Assembly (NCBI RefSeq): GCF_000315625.1
Contig: NW_005434669.1
Coordinates: 221,238-285,237, forward strand
Direction of reading: 5' to 3'
DNA: 64,000 nucleotides
Source of the DNA: Guillardia theta CCMP2712
Taxonomy: Eukaryota; Protista; Cryptophyta
Positions within the stretch are counted from its first letter, which is position 1. The number at the start of each line of letters is the position of its first letter. A model generated the notes under the pieces. It did no database searches. It was not told where the DNA came from and saw only the letters and a program-made list of their open reading frames with translations. Below, piece by piece: positions 59,544 to 64,000 of the stretch. The translations under genes were made by a program, and so were the position numbers.

Positions 59544-62185
59544 ATGGCGGACATGGCAAGAGCGGCGTCAGGCGGCAATGGTGGCGGGAAAGTGATAGAC
59601 TTCAGTAAGAGGAGAGAGAATTCGAACGTCGATTATGCTGATCATGTGGACATTGATGGGTTTCCCCTTCGAAGGCATGTCATCCCAACCTCACCCAGCA
59701 ACAGCCGTCGTAGTTTGCTTGCAGATGTTTCTGGGGGCACCTCCGAGAGCGAGGAGGCGTCTGATGATGAGAAGAAGAAAAGCTTATATTCGGATGACAA
59801 CTCGAAAGAAGACAATGAGATTCAGATGAGCCCTCCTCGCGTTCCTGCGCAGCACATGGAGCAGCAGACAATAACACCGGTCCCGGCGAAACTTTTCGGT
59901 CTGTTTGCCATGAACTACTACAGGTCTATGTGGGCTTTCTGTATTCTAGTCTCTTTCTCAACAGCAATTGCTGTATATTGCATTGACAACATCTCGTTTG
60001 TCGATAGTCTGTTCGTCGCAACCTCCGCATACACGGGTTCAGGTCTTTCCACTATCCCAATGAAAGCTATGTCCAACGGATCCTTCGTTGCTCTCTACGT
60101 CGGGATGACGCTGGGGGGGCCTGTCTTCCTCCTCTTACCCCCTCTCATCTACAGAATTCTTGTGTTCTACTCGCTGCAGCCATCGGTCGAGGAGTTCCTG
60201 GCGTCCCAGAAGGGCAAGTTCCTCCCTCAAGCCCAGCGATTGATCGGGCTGGTCAGCGAGAGGAGGGCACAGGTGCGAGGTTTGAACATGCTGCTCGTCG
60301 CTCTCGTTTTCTACCTCCTCTTCTTCCTATGGGGAGGGCTTGGCCTCCTCTACCTCGCCATCTCCTCCCACCCGAAGTTGCAGGAGCTCAAGGACAGAGG
60401 GTTCAACAACTTTTGGTATACGGTCTTCCTGGGCACGAGCGCCTTCTGCAACTGCGGCTTCACCTTGACTTCGGATCAGCTCTACAGCATGCAGACGTGG
60501 ACGACTTCCTACCTCCTCCTCTCCCTCCTCGCGCTCGCGGGGAACACGTTCGCTCCCATCTTCCTGAGGGCTATCCTCTGGCTCATGTACAAGTTTGCCA
60601 GCTTCCTGCGGCTGGACAAGGACGGGATCAGATACGCTCTCGACCATCCTCGGCAGGTTAGTGTTGAAGAGGATGGTGATGGTGCGGGGCTGACTTGTTG
60701 ATGCAGATGACGACGTTCTTGTTCGACGTGCGGCAAACTAGAATGCTCTTCCTCATCCTTGTCGTGATCAACATCGTTCAGTACGTCGCATTCCTTGCCA
60801 CCTGCCTCCACCGCTCGAGGCTTCGGACCCAGTTGAGTCCTCTACAGATAGCAGGAGCAGGATTCTTCCAGACCGTCTCCACCAGATCGGCAGGGCTGCA
60901 GATCTTCGACATGAACGACCTCAACCAGGGCATGCCTGTGCTCTACATCTTCATGATGTACCTCTCCTCCGCTCCCTTCGTCAGCAGGATGTACATCTCC
61001 GAGGAGAACCTCGACGAGGACGGGCAGAGTCGCCCAGCCGTGCTGACGGTCCAGGACGCGCAGGGGAAATTCCTGCGGGAGTACCTCATGCGCCACCTCT
61101 CCTTCCTCTTCGCAGGCTTCATGCTGCTCTGCTTCACCCACGACTCCGAAGTCTCCCTGGACGGCCAGCCGGTCGGCCCCTTCCCCCTCATCTTCGAGCT
61201 CGTGTCCGCCTACGGCAGCGTCGGCCTGTCCATGGGAGCGCCAGGGCAGCCGTACAGCCTGTCGGGCGAGATGTCGACGCTGGGGAAGACCATCATCATC
61301 GTTGCCATGTTCCTCGGTAAGCACCGAGGCCTCCCGACGCACACGGACATGGTGCTCAACTTTCGGCACATGCACTTGAGGAAGCAGCTGCTGCTGGCGA
61401 AGGAGGAGGCAGGGATCAAGGTGTCATGGAGCTGGTTCGAGTTCGACACCCGGCTCATCCGCGTCCCCAGCATGGACCTCAGGAGATACTTCGATCGCTC
61501 GCAAAAGGTGCGATCAAGAGGGATAGAGACAGCCTCCATGGCAGGAGAGAGGGCTCCAGGCGCGCCTCCTTCCCTGTCCCCTGTCCCCGAGGACAGCCCC
61601 TACGTGGACACCAGCGCTGCTGCTGCCATGCACCTACTGCACTGGAACCCCAACCGCCCTCGCTTCATCCCCAAGAGCATGGACATTTCACCACTGCTCC
61701 GCCCCCGCAGCTTAGAGGAGGCGAACATGGAGGTGTTTCCTCCCCTGGACCTGCGTTATCTCAGCGACACGGACTCGAGCAGAGCAGAATCCGAGACGGC
61801 ATCCAACTATCCTAACAATGAGGATCGTGTGGAGGAGGAGGAGGTGATGGAGGAGGAGGCGGGTGCTGGAGGAATCTTGTCAAGCTCTCTCCTCAACAAG
61901 ACCACCTTGCGCAAGTTTGTCACAGGAGCATGGAACGCAATCTGGGAGCCGAGGTTGGACGTTCTCCACACAGACCAGCAGGTCCGGCACGAGGACCTTA
62001 TGTCTTCGGACCCCTTCTTCAACAAGCTCATGCTCGACCGCCTTGCTGCGGAGGAGAGCCTTTCCTTCATGCTCCCCTCCTCGGATCCCAACCTTCCCAG
62101 GAACTATCATTCCCTCGACATCACCGACAAAGTCCCTTCCTTCCGCATGAGGAAGTCAAAGTTGAGCGACGCCGCGTCTGTGTGA
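59544..62185 (+). CDS. Trk/Ktr/HKT cation (K+) transporter; two exons (intron ~60657-60706)
   Basis: Four pore-loop motifs SAYTGSGLST, SAFCNCGF, QTVSTRSAGL, FELVSAYGSVGLSMG; MMYLS; KTIIIVAMFLGKHRGLP. Confidence 0.92.
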
Positions 62186-62399
62186 GAGCCAACGACCTTT
62201 CTTCTCGACGTTGAGATTTTTGACTTGAGATGTTCTCAACGTTGGATATATTCTTTCAGAACCATGAGTTTTGCTCTATCAACCACCATTTTTGCGATTG
62301 GAGCTTATCAATAAATTCTGCTTGTCTTCGAGGCATGCACGAACCTTGTTTGAATTATGTTTTATCATATATTGTTCGTTTGCTTTACATCGATCATCT

Positions 62400-64000
62400 T
62401 CACTGGCAGAGGCCAAGTCGCCGAAACTCATCATCTACAAACTTCTTCACATCAGTCGCGCACTTGTAGAAGACCTGTGTCCACAAGTCAACAAGAAAGA
62501 ATGCACGTCGTTCGATCTCACCGATTCTTTTGGGTTGTAAGTTTTGCAGTTATCGCACATCAAGTTGATATCTGCCATGAACATTTCCTTTGTCTCTGTT
62601 TCGCCGCTTGTAAGCTCCACAAGACATCTCACGATTCACAAATCTTTGAAACTCACTGTAGAATCCCTTGTCAAGTCGAACCCTCATCGCAGACAAGTCA
62701 ATGGGATCTTTGATGACATCGTGATAGTCAGGAACGTCTTCTGCTCTGACCGGCTCAAGAAAGGGCCAGGCTTGATCGTACTGACGTTGTATGTGTCACA
62801 GCCCACAGCAAACGAACCGGTTGCACTTCACCTTCGTAGTGTTTGCAAGGATTTCATTCAGAGTTTGCTTCAGCAGTTCAGCGTTGGATTCTCTTTCCTG
62901 GACCAAAAGCGTCACAAACAGGAGGGATAAGGAGTAGAGCCAGACAGTCATCAATCCCCGGCCCTGTAGGTGAGATGCAGCGGAAAAACCTGATAAAACT
63001 CAGTCAAATGTCTTTTCAGCGCGGGACCTGATTGCTGAGCGTTGAAACAGGACATTTCATCGGTAAACTTTCAACTCCACATCATCACACCCCTCATGCA
63101 ACAACATGCTGCAAGCCATGTTACCCACCTCCCTCAAGAACGCCCGGAATGCTCTCTAGTTCAATGCTCTGCCAAGGATTTTCAGTCAGAAGCGTGCTCA
63201 GGTATGAGATCTGATGAGAGCCAGGAAGTCTTACATCCTTCCCTTCTTTGAAACAGTTGAGTCCCGGATAAACAATGTCATGCCTGGTCAACTGAGATAT
63301 CTTGTCCTCTACCGCCTTGCGCTGCCGTTTCACCATGGAAGGGATCTCAAGATAATCTATGTGCGGGTTGATGTAACACTCCATGAGCGTTCCGCCCTCA
63401 TAATCTTTGATGTTTGGCGCCCATCTATCTCTATGCATGCTGATCTGCATGTGAAAGCCCTGCTTCTTGAAGTAGCCAATGGCATAGTTATCGGCATATG
63501 TTACAAAGTGGTCCAGGTTGTCCCTTGTCTTACAGTAGTGTTTCGTTTGGTTCATCAATCTCGTGCCATACCCCCTGACTTGCTGTTCTGTGCTCACCGC
63601 ACAAAATGCAATCTCTCCCAACTTCTGCTCGTAGTAAGGACGGTAGCAGATCCCCCCAATGGCCTTCTGGACTCCGTCAACGGTCTTTATAGCACAGATA
63701 GACTTGTGGTTTTTGTCGAAGACGAGACGAACGATGTACTCCTTGGGCATCTTAGGGAGCTGCGTCCCAAAGATTTCCTTCAGCTCGCACAGAAATCGAA
63801 GGCTTGTGGGTCTGCCATCGTTCCACACACACTTGAAATGCAAAATCCCTGCTTCCTCCTCCTGCTTTGCTGTGAAGTCTCTGGATTTGATCTCTGCCTC
63901 TTCCGCCGTCGCTGTACCTGCTACTGCTCCTGCTCCTGCTCCTGCTCCTGCAACCCCTGATGCTGCTACCATTCCTACTGTAGCTGCTCCTGCTCCTGCT
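62400..64000 (-). CDS. GCN5: Histone acetyltransferase GCN5 (GNAT + bromodomain); 5' end outside the window
   Basis: IFGTQLPKMPKEYIVRLVFD, IGGICYRPY, EIAFCAV..EQQVRGYGTRLMN, TYADNYAIGYFKKQGF, IKDYEGGTLMEC; bromodomain exons (WPF.EPV.AEDVPDYHDVIKDPID; FMADINLMCDNCKTYN). Confidence 0.96.

Noticed and set aside
63214-63960. 248-aa plus-strand ORF
   Set aside because: Antisense shadow of the GCN5 HAT exon.
1-64000. tRNA/rRNA genes and autonomous transposons
   Set aside because: No cloverleaf, rRNA, transposase, reverse transcriptase or integrase motifs recognised by eye; tRNAscan, Infernal and RepeatMasker would be needed to exclude them.

Overview
Eukaryotic, intron-rich nuclear DNA. Most introns are ~45-60 nt GT-AG, some longer ones are filled with microsatellites, and there are three 100-N gaps. 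Intron style, an EsV-1-7-repeat gene and a bipartite 'AEA-F' plastid-targeting peptide point to a cryptophyte alga such as Guillardia theta (inference). Most genes are fragmented in the ORF track and were rebuilt by manual splicing. In order: RNase Z 3' end, His-rich SAM methyltransferase, membrane-anchored histidine acid phosphatase, ER-type TPR+DnaJ+CVNH-like protein, PDZ protein, NRDE2, EsV-1-7 repeat protein, a hypothetical gene, mitochondrial ATP synthase OSCP and subunit d (head-to-head), a PSRP6/cL38-like plastid ribosomal protein, a secreted repeat protein, a type-II membrane collagen-like protein, a HEAT-repeat protein, a degenerate FAH-family protein, a MATCAP/KIAA0895-like tubulin carboxypeptidase, PUS1, eIF3d, an intronless histidine/serine decarboxylase, a Trk/HKT transporter and the 3' part of GCN5. 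Highlights: the divergent OSCP/subunit-d pair with a palindrome near the midpoint, a lectin-like co-chaperone, a MATCAP homolog whose HEIGTH motif is split by an intron, two probable pseudo-enzymes, and a recurring GTACCCCTACCCC motif in divergent promoters. All exon boundaries and family assignments are manual and from recalled motifs; no database searches were run.
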